A stretch of DNA of 63,079 nt, the filler included. It is 6 parts of 6 records of this genome, joined end to end, with 100 filler letters (N's around TTAATTAATTAA, not from the genome) between each part and the next. Parts side by side here need not be neighbours in the genome. Positions count along the whole stretch, not along the records: positions 49,946 to 56,906 come from SRR31156797_22744; positions 57,007 to 63,079 come from SRR31156797_22841; 4 more parts are not named here. One strand, 5' to 3'. A model generated the notes under the pieces. It ran no database searches. It was not told the DNA's origin and saw only the letters and a program-made list of their open reading frames with translations. The translations under genes and the position numbers were made by a program. Shown here piece after piece: positions 50,827-61,200 of the stretch. Position 1 is the first letter of the stretch. Each line of letters opens with the position of its first letter.

Positions 50827-52767
50827 TTAAACGTTACTAGCTTTAACCATTAATTTAGACATTTTATTAGCAAATTCTACAGGATCATCTAATTTGAATC
50901 CTTCTACTAATAGAGATTGAGAATATAATAAGTCTGCGATATCATCAATGTCAGCAGGTGATTTTTCATACAATCTGTTTAATGCACCGAATAATTCATG
51001 GTCAGGATTGATCTCAAGGATTCTTTCAGCTTTCATTCCCATTGGATTAGCTTCTCCTGGCATCTCTGCCATAACTTTTTCCATTTCGAATGACATTCCC
51101 TCTCCACTAACTAAACAAACAGCACTTGATTTAAGTCTGCTAGTAAGCTTAACATCAGAAACTTTTCCTTGCAGGCTTTCCTTGATTTTTGTAAGCATAT
51201 CTTTGTTATCTTTTGCTCTCTCTTCAAGAAGTTTTTTATCATCTTCGTTTTCATCAAGTTCAAGATTACCTTGGTTAACTGATTTGAATTTTTTACCATC
51301 AAATTCAGCAAGAACCTGAACTGCAAACTCATCAACTTTATCAGTGAAGAATAGTACTTCATAACCTTTATCTTTGATAGATTCCATTTGAGGCATTTTC
51401 TCAAGAGTCTTTTTGTCGTCTCCAGATACGAAGTAGATATATTTTTGGTCTTCTTTCATTCTTTCAACATACTCTTTTAGAGTAGTTAATTTATCAGAGA
51501 AAGTACTAGAGAAGATTAATAAGTTCTTTAATGACTCTTTGTACATTCCGAAGTTATTATAAACACCGAATTTAATATCACTACCAAATTCTCCCCAGAA
51601 TTTTTCATAATTCTCTCTATCTTTTCTAAGCATAGTATCAAGTTCTCTAGTGATTTTCTTTTCTACATTTTTAGCAATAATATCTAATTGCTTGTTTTGT
51701 TGTAAAATCTCTCTTGAGATATTCAGAGAGAAATCAGCTGAATCAACTAATCCTTTAACGAATCTAAAGTGATCAGGAATTAACTCTTTACACTTATCCA
51801 TGATGAATACATTTTTAGTGTATAGTTGTAATCCTTTTTCGAAATCCTTGCTGTAGAAATCCATTGGAGCTTTTCCAGGGATGTATAACATTGCAGTATA
51901 TTCGATATTTCCTTCAACTGTATAGTGAATAGTTTTTAACGGGTCAGTCCAATCATGGAAGTTTGATTTATAGAACTCATTATAGTCTTCATCTTTTAAT
52001 TCAGATTTACTTTTTTTCCAAATAGGAGTCATTGAGTTAAGAGTTTCAGTTTTGATCTCTGTTTCATATTCTCCTTCAATATCTTTTCCTTCTGCATCTT
52101 TTTTAGGAGTTTCTTTTTTAACATCCATTTGGATAGGGTATCTGATATAATCAGAGTATTTTTTAATTAAATCTCTTAATTTCCATTCCTCTAGATAATC
52201 ATCAAATTTTTCTTCTGCTTCTTCGTCATCATGTCTAAGGTGAAGAATTAATTCAGTTCCTCTATCTGTTTTTTCAATTTCTTCAATTGTGAATGACCCA
52301 TCACCGATAGATTCCCATTTAACTGCCATCTCTGAATATGGTGATTTTGTAATTAAAGTTACTCTGTCTGCAATCATAAACGATGAGTAGAATCCAACAC
52401 CAAATTGACCGATGATATCTACTTGCTCTTTATCTTTCATTTCAGATAATTTTTCAACAAAAGCTTTTGATCCTGATTTTGCAATTGTACCGATATTGTT
52501 GATAACTTCATCTCTAGTCATTCCGATACCGTTATCTTTTATCGTAAGTGTTCTGTTTTCCTTGTTTGGAATTAACTCAATTCTAAAATCTTTATCATTT
52601 CCTAAAATTTCAGTCTCTGTTAGTGAAGTGAATTTAACCTTATCTACTGCATCACTTGCGTTTGAGATAAGTTCTCTTAAGAAGATATCCTTGTGAGTAT
52701 AAATTGAGTGCACCATTAAATCTAATAATCTCTTAGTTTCCGTTTGAAAACTCATAGTTTCTTTCAT
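50827..52767 (-). CDS. htpG: Hsp90 chaperone HtpG
   Basis: FLRELISNASDA; DNGIGM; IGQFGVGFYS; LNISREILQ; LEINPDH. Confidence 0.98.
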   Translation of the reverse strand: MKETMSFQTETKRLLDLMVHSIYTHKDIFLRELISNASDAVDKVKFTSLTETEILGNDKDFRIELIPNKENRTLTIKDNGIGMTRDEVINNIGTIAKSGSKAFVEKLSEMKDKEQVDIIGQFGVGFYSSFMIADRVTLITKSPYSEMAVKWESIGDGSFTIEEIEKTDRGTELILHLRHDDEEAEEKFDDYLEEWKLRDLIKKYSDYIRYPIQMDVKKETPKKDAEGKDIEGEYETEIKTETLNSMTPIWKKSKSELKDEDYNEFYKSNFHDWTDPLKTIHYTVEGNIEYTAMLYIPGKAPMDFYSKDFEKGLQLYTKNVFIMDKCKELIPDHFRFVKGLVDSADFSLNISREILQQNKQLDIIAKNVEKKITRELDTMLRKDRENYEKFWGEFGSDIKFGVYNNFGMYKESLKNLLIFSSTFSDKLTTLKEYVERMKEDQKYIYFVSGDDKKTLEKMPQMESIKDKGYEVLFFTDKVDEFAVQVLAEFDGKKFKSVNQGNLELDENEDDKKLLEERAKDNKDMLTKIKESLQGKVSDVKLTSRLKSSAVCLVSGEGMSFEMEKVMAEMPGEANPMGMKAERILEINPDHELFGALNRLYEKSPADIDDIADLLYSQSLLVEGFKLDDPVEFANKMSKLMVKASNV

Positions 52768-52815
52768 TACTTTAAACCCCTCCTGCTTTTCTATATAATT
52801 TACTTTTATTTTGTC

Positions 52816-52842
52816 TTAGCACTCCGTCTCGGTGAGTGCTAA
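52816..52842. promoter_or_regulatory. CIRCE element (HrcA operator)
   Basis: Perfect TTAGCACTC-N9-GAGTGCTAA about 50 nt upstream of htpG. Confidence 0.95.
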
Positions 52843-52954
52843 TAAATTAATATCATATATTTCAGTAAAAGTCAAGAAGTAATAAAAAGAAATGATAAAA
52901 AAAGTAATAAAAAATACTCTCAGAATAAATCCAAAGAGTATCAAAATAAATAAA

Positions 52955-53401
52955 TTATTTTGTATAAATCATTTTAATATGTGGAATTCCATCCTCCAAA
53001 TAAGGCTCAGAAACTCTATTAAATTCTAAGTCACTATAGAATTTTTCTAAGTAACTTTGTGCACTGATAGTTATTTTCTCATATCCCCAAGTTTTGGTAA
53101 TATAGTCAATTCCAGCCTGCATAACTTTTTTACCATATCCTTTTCCTCTTGTTTCCTCTTTGCAGATAACTCTTCCGATAGAAGATGCATCTGGGTATGA
53201 AACACCGGGTTTTAATAATCTGATATATGCTACAACTTTTCCCTCTTCTCTAATAGCTACATGCATTGCATCAAGATCTTTATTATCAATATCCTGATAA
53301 ACACAGTCTTGCTCCACAACGAAAATTTCACTTCTAAGTCTCAGAATTTCATACAATTCATTAATTTCAAGTTCGCTAAAATGTTTTATAGTTAGTTCCA
53401 T
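52955..53401 (-). CDS. elaA: ElaA-like GNAT acetyltransferase
   Basis: LRLRSEIFVVEQDCVYQDID; IGRV; SAQSYL; YLEDGIPHIKM. Confidence 0.9.
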   Translation of the reverse strand: MELTIKHFSELEINELYEILRLRSEIFVVEQDCVYQDIDNKDLDAMHVAIREEGKVVAYIRLLKPGVSYPDASSIGRVICKEETRGKGYGKKVMQAGIDYITKTWGYEKITISAQSYLEKFYSDLEFNRVSEPYLEDGIPHIKMIYTK

Positions 53402-53403
53402 TA

Positions 53404-53856
53404 TCAATATCTCCTTTTATTTCCTTTTTTCATGTTTATCCAGTCTTTTTCTATATTTAATCGCATCTTATGCAGTAATTCAAAAAGCTGTTTTTGCTCC
53501 TTCTCGGTGATTCCTTCAAGTGTAACTTTATTTGAGTATTCTTCTTCTCTCTGTAAAAACTGATAAAGTTCATTTCCTTTGTTTGTACAATAAAGTTTAA
53601 ACTCCTTTTTATTATCAGGTGATTTTTCTTTTAAAACATATCCGGCTTCAATTAATCTTTTGATTGATTTAGCCGTAGTTGTTCTGTCTAATTTAAGTAT
53701 AGAAGCAACTTTTGCCTGAGTAATTCCGGGATTTTCGAATATTCTTACTAAATAAAGATATTGGCCTTTAGCAAGGTTAATATCTTTAAATTCAATATCA
53801 CTTATAGTTGCGAAGCACCTGGCGATCATCCCTATCTCTCTCAATATCTCTTTCAT
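53404..53856 (-). CDS. MarR family regulator
   Basis: GQYLYLVRIFENPGITQ...DRTTTAKSIKRLIEAGY winged helix. Confidence 0.9.
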   Translation of the reverse strand: MKEILREIGMIARCFATISDIEFKDINLAKGQYLYLVRIFENPGITQAKVASILKLDRTTTAKSIKRLIEAGYVLKEKSPDNKKEFKLYCTNKGNELYQFLQREEEYSNKVTLEGITEKEQKQLFELLHKMRLNIEKDWINMKKGNKRRY

Positions 53857-54457
53857 TGATATTTCCTTTCCCGTACTTTATTAGATTAATAATTACTCCA
53901 CATATTATCAGTGAAATAATAGTAAGAAACGCTGAGTTCCAACCAATTATCAAAGCTGAACTGATTACTATCAAAGTATCAACAACGTTTAAAGTTGTAC
54001 CAATCTTTATCTTAAAAAGATATTCCACGATTTGAGCTAAAATAGTAGTTCCACCGGCACTTCCGTGATTTGCGACAACAACCCCTATACCAATGCCACT
54101 TAACACTCCACCAATAATTCCGCCGATAATTTGATGAACTGCAAAATAATTCATCAAAAAATCAATAAGAAAATATCTGGTAATAAGATTAGTGTAAAGT
54201 GAAATCGCAATAATGCTATAAACAGTTTTGACAGCATATTTTTTACCAAATATAATAGTCCCTGTAATAACCAAAGGAAGATTTAGCAGTAAATATCCAA
54301 CGGAAACAGGTAGTTTGTATAGATGGTAAAGAATAATAGCTATGCCTGTCGTACCTCCGGCAGAAAGTTTTGCCGGTATAAAACAATTAGCAATTGTGTA
54401 GGATATCAGTATTAATCCAAGATTAAAAACAATAGTATCCTTTAAAGTTTTATTCAT
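53798..54457 (-). CDS. YitT family membrane protein
   Basis: AGGTTGIA; NLPL; GSAGGT; appears to lack the C-terminal soluble domain; overlaps the marR start. Confidence 0.85.
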   Translation of the reverse strand: MNKTLKDTIVFNLGLILISYTIANCFIPAKLSAGGTTGIAIILYHLYKLPVSVGYLLLNLPLVITGTIIFGKKYAVKTVYSIIAISLYTNLITRYFLIDFLMNYFAVHQIIGGIIGGVLSGIGIGVVVANHGSAGGTTILAQIVEYLFKIKIGTTLNVVDTLIVISSALIIGWNSAFLTIISLIICGVIINLIKYGKGNINERDIERDRDDRQVLRNYK

Positions 54458-54489
54458 ATTTTCACCCCGCTGATATGTATTATATTTCA

Positions 54490-54513
54490 TTTTTGTTGAA
54501 AATTCAACAAAAA
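54490..54513. promoter_or_regulatory. Candidate MarR operator
   Basis: Perfect dyad TTTTTGTTGAA-AA-TTCAACAAAAA upstream of yitT-marR-elaA. Confidence 0.65.
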
Positions 54514-54601
54514 CTTTTTTAGAATTTTTATTGCTCTAATTTACTTTTAAAAAAAGTGTGGTATACTGAATTGTATAAAATTTAACGAGAGGGGAATAAA
54601 T

Positions 54602-55042
54602 ATGGAAGATGTAATTATCAGATGTAATCATTGTGGTAAAAAAAATAAACTTAAGAAGGAAGATTTAGATAAAGCGATTAAATGCGGTCATTGTCATGAA
54701 GTAATGAAAATAATGGATGAACCGCGATATATAACAGAAGCGAGTTATACAACAGAGGTTGTACAAAATCCCGGAGTAACACTTCTGGAGATGTATACAG
54801 ATAACTGCGGATACTGCAAACAGCTAAATCCGGTTTTGGATGAGATAGCAAAAGAGCACAAAGGAATAATTAAAGTAGTAAAAGCTGATGCTAATCAGGA
54901 GAGAAAACTCTCTATGGGCTTCATGTTAAGAGGTGTTCCTACTTTAATTCTTTTTAACGACGGAAGACAGCTGGATATGAAAGCGGGAGCAATGAATAAA
55001 GAGCAAATAATAGCTTGGATGAGAAACTACGTTATTCTATAA
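54602..55042 (+). CDS. Thioredoxin 2 (TrxC)-like protein with zinc finger
   Basis: CNHC...CGHC zinc finger; CGYC active site; GVPTL. Confidence 0.88.
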   Translation: MEDVIIRCNHCGKKNKLKKEDLDKAIKCGHCHEVMKIMDEPRYITEASYTTEVVQNPGVTLLEMYTDNCGYCKQLNPVLDEIAKEHKGIIKVVKADANQERKLSMGFMLRGVPTLILFNDGRQLDMKAGAMNKEQIIAWMRNYVIL

Positions 55043-55078
55043 GAAATCTAATAATACTAAACTAAGAGGAGATAAAAA

Positions 55079-56575
55079 ATGGCAAAAAATATTAAACTTA
55101 TTGCTTCAATTGTATCATTATTTCTAGTAACTCTAGTGCTAAACTATGTAACAAGTATCGAAGAAAGTGTGGCACCAATTACATTTTTTATAACAGAAGA
55201 TACAGAAGTAATTTCTTATCAAAATTTGAATGTGCAAAACAGTAACGGTTACTATGATGTAACAAAGGCAAGTTTAGCAAAACTGCTACTAACATCAGAA
55301 GTTGAACTGGATGAAAAACAGAAAGAAACTGCTGCTAAAATTGTTAAAATAGTAGATGATATACACACTAATGTAGAAGATATAGCAGTATTACTTGGTG
55401 AGAATCAATATGAGACATTAACAGATTTTCCTGTTGATATTAAGGGTGTATTTGTTGCAAAATTTAAGAGTTCTTTAGCAAGTATATATTTAAAAAAATA
55501 TTTCGTTAAACAAGAAAACGGAATATATAGATTAAACGATGAAACTAAAGCTGATCTGGAAAAAGATATATTAGAAGCGAATCAAGTTGAAATGTCTGAT
55601 GCTGAGAGAGAAGAGCTAAGTGAGCTGATTGATAGTATTGATCTATTTGTTAAGCAACAACTGGGAAGATATGTTTTTTCATTCAACGAGGTTTATTTAA
55701 CAAATTATTTAGGTAAAATTTCTGAAGCGAATCTAGAAAACGAGATTACTAAAAAGTTTACAGAGCTTGCAACAGAAGAAAAAATGGAACTGGTAATAGT
55801 TGATACAAAAAAAATTATTGAAAGATATAGCAATTTAATTGATTTCAAAGGATATATTGATAACTTAAATTATCTATACTCATATTCAACATATGAAAAC
55901 GGAGTTATTGATTTTAATATGACTGTTAATGGAGCCGGAAAAGTTTTCTCAATGATTGATAGTAGTGAGTTAACTGATAGAAAATTAACTGATTATATGA
56001 ATGAGGATTTTAATGTTTATTTCGCAAATAACTCATTTGAGAAGTTTTTCAGAGAAATCAATAATGAAGTAGCTAAGGCAAAAGGGATGGACTATTCATT
56101 TTTCGTAGGAATGATGATAGGTAGAGATCCATTTGAAATGATAGATAATTTAGGTGATGAAATTGTTATAAATATTAATGATCAAAGTATCGGAGCAGTA
56201 TTAAATACTAAAGATCCTTCTATGCTTTCTGATCTATTTAGTCAAATGGGCCTTCCGGAGCAAAATGGAGTTTATCAAGTTCAGGCATTAACTCTTGAAC
56301 TAAATGATAATAAGATATTTATTAATCAAGAAGTAAAATCAGAAATAAATAACATTGATTTTGCTAACTTATCTCTATATTCTAAAATGGATATTGATTA
56401 TATGGTAAATAATTTTGATCAATTAGCTGATTTAAGAAATTTAGGAATAGAATTTTTTACACCTGAGTTATTCATTTATGGGAAAAAAGATCAGATTAGG
56501 ATTAATATAAGTGTAGATTATGAAGAGGTTATGAACTATATAGTTACTACGGGAAAAAGTGTAGCTGCATTTTAA
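55079..56575 (+). CDS. Hypothetical membrane-anchored or exported protein
   Basis: 498-aa ORF, GAGGAG RBS, N-terminal hydrophobic helix. Confidence 0.75.
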   Translation: MAKNIKLIASIVSLFLVTLVLNYVTSIEESVAPITFFITEDTEVISYQNLNVQNSNGYYDVTKASLAKLLLTSEVELDEKQKETAAKIVKIVDDIHTNVEDIAVLLGENQYETLTDFPVDIKGVFVAKFKSSLASIYLKKYFVKQENGIYRLNDETKADLEKDILEANQVEMSDAEREELSELIDSIDLFVKQQLGRYVFSFNEVYLTNYLGKISEANLENEITKKFTELATEEKMELVIVDTKKIIERYSNLIDFKGYIDNLNYLYSYSTYENGVIDFNMTVNGAGKVFSMIDSSELTDRKLTDYMNEDFNVYFANNSFEKFFREINNEVAKAKGMDYSFFVGMMIGRDPFEMIDNLGDEIVININDQSIGAVLNTKDPSMLSDLFSQMGLPEQNGVYQVQALTLELNDNKIFINQEVKSEINNIDFANLSLYSKMDIDYMVNNFDQLADLRNLGIEFFTPELFIYGKKDQIRINISVDYEEVMNYIVTTGKSVAAF

Positions 56576-56672
56576 AAAATAAACAAAAAGTTACCAAATA
56601 GAAATATTTTTAGTTGACTAAGTCTAGATGCTGAAATATAATATCTCCGAACAAAAGGGGTTGGGAGATATT

Positions 56673-56813
56673 ATGAGAAGATTAGCATTGTATGGAGTAG
56701 CGGTCTTGTTACATCTAATGCTTCTGGGAAAGATCCTATCAGAAATAAGTACAGTCGGGGAAAAACTGAATAATAGAGCGGTTATTTCTAAAACAGAAGT
56801 TGTAGATAATTAA
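56673..56813 (+). CDS. Small single-TM protein, 46 aa
   Basis: GGGAG RBS before ATG 56673; MRR followed by a hydrophobic helix; terminator downstream. Confidence 0.55.
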   Translation: MRRLALYGVAVLLHLMLLGKILSEISTVGEKLNNRAVISKTEVVDN

Positions 56814-56853
56814 AAAAACCTGATATTTCAATGGTGAGATATCAGGTTTTTTT
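56813..56853 (+). terminator. Intrinsic terminator
   Basis: AAAAAACCTGATAT / ATATCAGGTTTTTT. Confidence 0.8.
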
Positions 56854-56906
56854 ATATTTGAAAGCTTATCAAGTGCTTAACCTCATCCCCCAACCCCTTC
56901 TCCTCA

Positions 56907-57006
56907 NNNNNNNNNNNNNNNNNNNNNNNNNNNNNNNNNNNNNNNNNNNNTTAATTAATTAANNNNNNNNNNNNNNNNNNNNNNNNNNNNNNNNNNNNNN
57001 NNNNNN
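56907..57006. other. Artificial contig spacer
   Basis: N-run with TTAATTAATTAA. Confidence 0.98.
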
Positions 57007-58200
57007 ACGTTGGGCCACGTCATATATCAGTATCTGCAGACGCCAGGCAGCAGAAGGGAAACCATGTATCGCCGCATGCGCTCCATCCTGACCCAGAGCA
57101 GCTTTACTGTTCCCGAGCCCTTAAGAAAAATTGCCGAAATAAAGGATTTTTCACTTTATGTCAGCACGACCATCGATTCTCTGATGGAAGAAGCTATCAA
57201 CCAGGCCCGTTTCGGGGGAGAAAGCCGGACCGGTGCTCTGGTATACACCTTCAACGACGCCAAGGATTTACCCTGCGAAGTAAAGGATTTGGACCGGCCG
57301 ACGGTTTTTCACCTGTTCGGCCGCGTCTCGTCCCAACCCGACTACGTACTTACGGATGAAGACACGCTGGAATTCATCCATTCCCTGCAGTCGGAAACCC
57401 ACCGGCCTCACCTTCTTTTTGACGAACTAAAAAGCCACCATCTGCTTATACTCGGAAACGGCTATTCCAATTGGCTGGCCCGTTTTTTCATCCGTACGGT
57501 CAGAAACGAGCGTTTGACCGTGCCGGGCGACAGGGAGGCCATATTGGCCGGCGACTCGGTCAGCAGTGATGAAAGCCTGGTTCTGTTTTTAAGTTCTCCA
57601 TTAAGTTATGGAACCAAGGTTTATGAATCGGGAGGAGCGGTCGAGTTCATTGACGAGTTGTATTCCCGTTGGCGGGAGTTGAATCCCGAAGATGAGGAAG
57701 AAGCCCCCATGGCTCCGGTTTCGGTTGAAGTTGAAGAGTCGGGCATGGAGTCCGGAGCCATATTTTTGAGTTATGCCAGCGAAGACGTGGATATAGTCGA
57801 ACAAGCCAAGTTCGATCTTGAAGAGGCCGGGCTGGACGTGTGGTTTGACAAGCGGCGGCTGGAGCCGGGCGACGACTATGATTTGAAGATAAAACGCAAC
57901 GTCAGGAAGTGCGCCCTGTTCTGCCCCTTTATTTCCCGGAGCACGGAACAAAGACTGGAAGGATATTTCAGGCGTGAATGGAGGTACGCCCTGGACAGGT
58001 CCCTGAACATAGATGAATCCATCCCATTTATACTTCCGGTGGTCATAGACGACACCGCTCCGTACACCGGGCGGGTTCCGGAAGAATTCAAGAGGCTTCA
58101 ATGGACGAGCATGAAGGGCGACCGGCTCCCGGAAAGTTTCATTAAAAGAATTGTTCAGCTAGTCAGGGACTATCGCAAGCGCGAGCGAGGATACCTATGA
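57007..58200 (+). CDS. SIR2-like (degenerate) + TIR domain protein, 5'-truncated
   Basis: SIR2_2-like YVSTTID, VFHLFG, DYVLTDED, LLILGNGY; acidic linker; TIR IFLSYASED, WFDKRRLEPGDD, YFRREW; frame open from the contig edge. Confidence 0.85.
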   Translation, partial: TLGHVIYQYLQTPGSRRETMYRRMRSILTQSSFTVPEPLRKIAEIKDFSLYVSTTIDSLMEEAINQARFGGESRTGALVYTFNDAKDLPCEVKDLDRPTVFHLFGRVSSQPDYVLTDEDTLEFIHSLQSETHRPHLLFDELKSHHLLILGNGYSNWLARFFIRTVRNERLTVPGDREAILAGDSVSSDESLVLFLSSPLSYGTKVYESGGAVEFIDELYSRWRELNPEDEEEAPMAPVSVEVEESGMESGAIFLSYASEDVDIVEQAKFDLEEAGLDVWFDKRRLEPGDDYDLKIKRNVRKCALFCPFISRSTEQRLEGYFRREWRYALDRSLNIDESIPFILPVVIDDTAPYTGRVPEEFKRLQWTSMKGDRLPESFIKRIVQLVRDYRKRERGYL

Positions 58201-61200
58201 TCGAAAGTAAAACCGGATTGGGGGCCGCGGCCGACATCGGGGCCGATAATCCCTGGCTGGGCCTGACCGCGTACACCGAGGAAGCCAGCGGTTATTTTTA
58301 CGGTCGCGACAGGGAAACAAGCGATACTTACCGTCTGGTCAAGCGTGAAACCCTGACGGTGCTTTTCGGTCAATCCGGATTGGGCAAGACATCGCTTTTA
58401 AACGCCGGCCTTTTCCCGCGTTTGCGACAGAACGATTTTTTACCCGTCTATATACGCTTTGATTATTCGGACGACAGCCCGGATTTGATTAAACAGATAA
58501 AATCCTCAATTCGGGACCACATCGTCCTATATGACGTGGACGCCCCGCCGCCCAATGACGATGAAACATTGTGGGAATACTTTCACCGGCGTGAAACGGA
58601 TTTTTGGAGCGCCAAAAACAGATTATTGAACCTGGTGCTGGTTTTCGACCAGTTTGAAGAGATTTACACCCTGGGCCGATCGGGCGAATTGAACCAACAG
58701 CGAAGCCGGGCTCTTGTATCGGAGCTGGCCGACCTGATCGAGGGCCGGCCTTCCGAAAACGTTCGGAAGCGCTTTGAAGACGATCCCGAGGCGGCGCGCG
58801 CCTTTTCATTTGAAAAGCAGAATTTCAAGGTCATTTTCAGTTTGCGCGAGGACTTTCTCCCGCATTTGGAAAGTATGCGCGAGCAAATCCGATCCGTTAT
58901 GCGCAACAGGCTGAGGCTGACCCGTATGAACGGGCTTCAGGCGCTCCAGGCGGTCATTGAACCCGGCGGGGACATTATCGACGAGGCCACCGCCGTCCGG
59001 CTGGTTTTGTTTGTAGCCGGAGCCGCTGTTGAATTTACGATATCCGGCGACGGGGAAGATCAATTAAACGAACTTGAAGTGGAGCCGGCCCTGTTAAGCG
59101 TTGTTTGCCGTGAATTAAACAATATCAGGATACTCAGGGGCGACGATTTTATCACGGTCGATCTGTTGGCCGGCACAAAATCGGAAATCCTGAGCGACTT
59201 TTACGAAAGGTCGGTAACGGATCTGCCGGCCGGGGTTCGCGTTTTCACCGAAGAACGTCTTTTGACAAAATCCGGTTACAGGGACAGTGTGGCCCTGGAA
59301 GAAGTATTGGAGGTTGAAGGCGCGTCTTATGAGGTCGTGGACACGCTGGTCAACAGGCGTTTGTTAAGAATTGAGGAGAGATTCGGAGTCAAGCGGGTTG
59401 AACTCACCCACGACATACTTACCGAAGTAATTCAAACCAGCCGGGACAAGCGGCGGGAGGACGAGCGCCTGGCCGCGGAAACAAGGCAGGCCGAGGAGCT
59501 CAGGAAAAAGCTCTGGCGGGCGCGTATGGCCGTGGGTTTTTTCGCCGTGTTGTTAATCCTTATGATCGGCGCCCTGGTGACGGCGTACATGGCCAGAAAC
59601 GAGGCCAAGGCCGCATTGCAAAAAGTGGCTGCCACAAAGGCCGGGACCAATGCCCTGGCAGGACACAATGCCAGACTGAGATACGATTGGGGCGCGGCGC
59701 TATTACATTATCAAAGATCCCTGAAGCAGGCCGACAATTTGAGCGCGCGGATCGGCCTGAGCGACCTTCTGAATTCCTATATGCCGCAGATAGCGAAGTT
59801 CAAAACCGATTTCCCCATAATAGCCGCCGGATTTTCCAAAAGAGGACTGCCAGTGGTTTTTACCAGGGGAAACAGGGAAATCAATATTATTGACGCGGCT
59901 TCCTGGAAAAGGACCGGCCAAATACCAACCCATGATTCCACAACGGTTGCAGCCGCTTACAACAGCGACAAGGGCCTGCTGGCCTATACTGGAGCCGGAG
60001 GAACCATCCACGTTCGGGAATTGGGGAAAAAGGAATCCGGAAAGGTTATAGAAGGAAGAGGGCCCAAGACGACCGCCCTGGCCTTCAGCCATGACGGCGC
60101 CTTTCTTATGGTCGGGTATGCGGACAATTCGGCGGAATTAATGCAGGCGTCCGACGGGAAAAAAATCGAGGAATACACCGCCTTTCCGTCGCCTCCGATC
60201 CTTTTGGCTTTTTCTCCTGAAAATGATGCTTTCGCGGCGGGATTCGAAAACGGGGACGTTATTTACTGGAATATAAAAACCGGGGGCGATGAGGACGCGT
60301 TCAAGGGCCATAATGGAAAAATCGTTTCCCTGTCCTTTGATTCCAGTGGACGGAAGCTGGTTTCCACTGCCGAAGACGGCCGGGCGATCGTGTGGGACTG
60401 CCGGAGCCGTTTGATGGTTTCGTCATTTTTGAAGGATCCGGCCAGGGGATCGGTTGTGCACGCCGGTTTTTCAAACAGCGGCCTGTTTTTTGTCACCAGG
60501 GAAAAAAGCATTTCGGTTTTCGATTATCAAACCGAACCGTGGACTCTATTAACCGAAATAGGAGTCAAACCGGAAACAGCCGGCCGAACCGTTATCAGCC
60601 CGGGCGGCCTTTTGCTGATGTCTTACAAGCCTGCCGGCGCCGCGGCTGTATGGCAAACCAGCGGGTTGGCCTCGATCAGGGGGGCTTTTAGAAAAGTCGA
60701 TGCCAAATCGGTTTCTCTTTGGGGCGATCTTTGTGCCGTTATTTCGGAAAAAGGCGAATTAAAGATCTTTAATCTTGAAAGTAAAAGCAACGACGGAAGC
60801 GAGAGGAAAGAAATATTCAGGTTTACCCCGGACAGCGCCAAAACCGCTATTGAATTCACGGCCGTATCCCGGGGAAACGACTACCTTGCTTTTGCCAGGT
60901 CGGACAACGCCATTATATTGTGGCACGAACCCACGGGCGACGTAAGTCTTCTTGAACGCCAGGACAAGCAGCGCCTTTCAGCCAAAGGTCCGTCATACAA
61001 TTTTACCGAGCGCGATAAAAGAATGGCTAAAATGGCCCGCCTTCGTGATATAAAGCCCGCGGCCCTGGCTTTCGATCCTGCCGGTGCGCGCATGGCCGCG
61101 GTTAGCGAAGCCGGGACAATCCGTATATGGGATCTAAAATCCCGTTCACAGTCGCCGTCAATTATAAGAAGGCAGACAACCGGGGTCAGGTGCGCGGCCT

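Noticed and set aside
198-54035. Short ORFs overlapping or antisense to well-supported genes (e.g. 198-563, 2245-2655, 16070-16570, 34975-35445)
   Set aside because: No motifs or RBS support; expected shadow ORFs
10980-57006. TTAATTAATTAA inside five N-runs as a biological repeat
   Set aside because: Identical 100-nt constructs with six-frame stops are assembly linkers; no cross-contig system is claimed
57007-58200. Thoeris (ThsA/ThsB) assignment
   Set aside because: SIR2-like and TIR are fused, the sirtuin motifs are degenerate, no SLOG or Macro domain is visible, and the partner is a STAND NTPase
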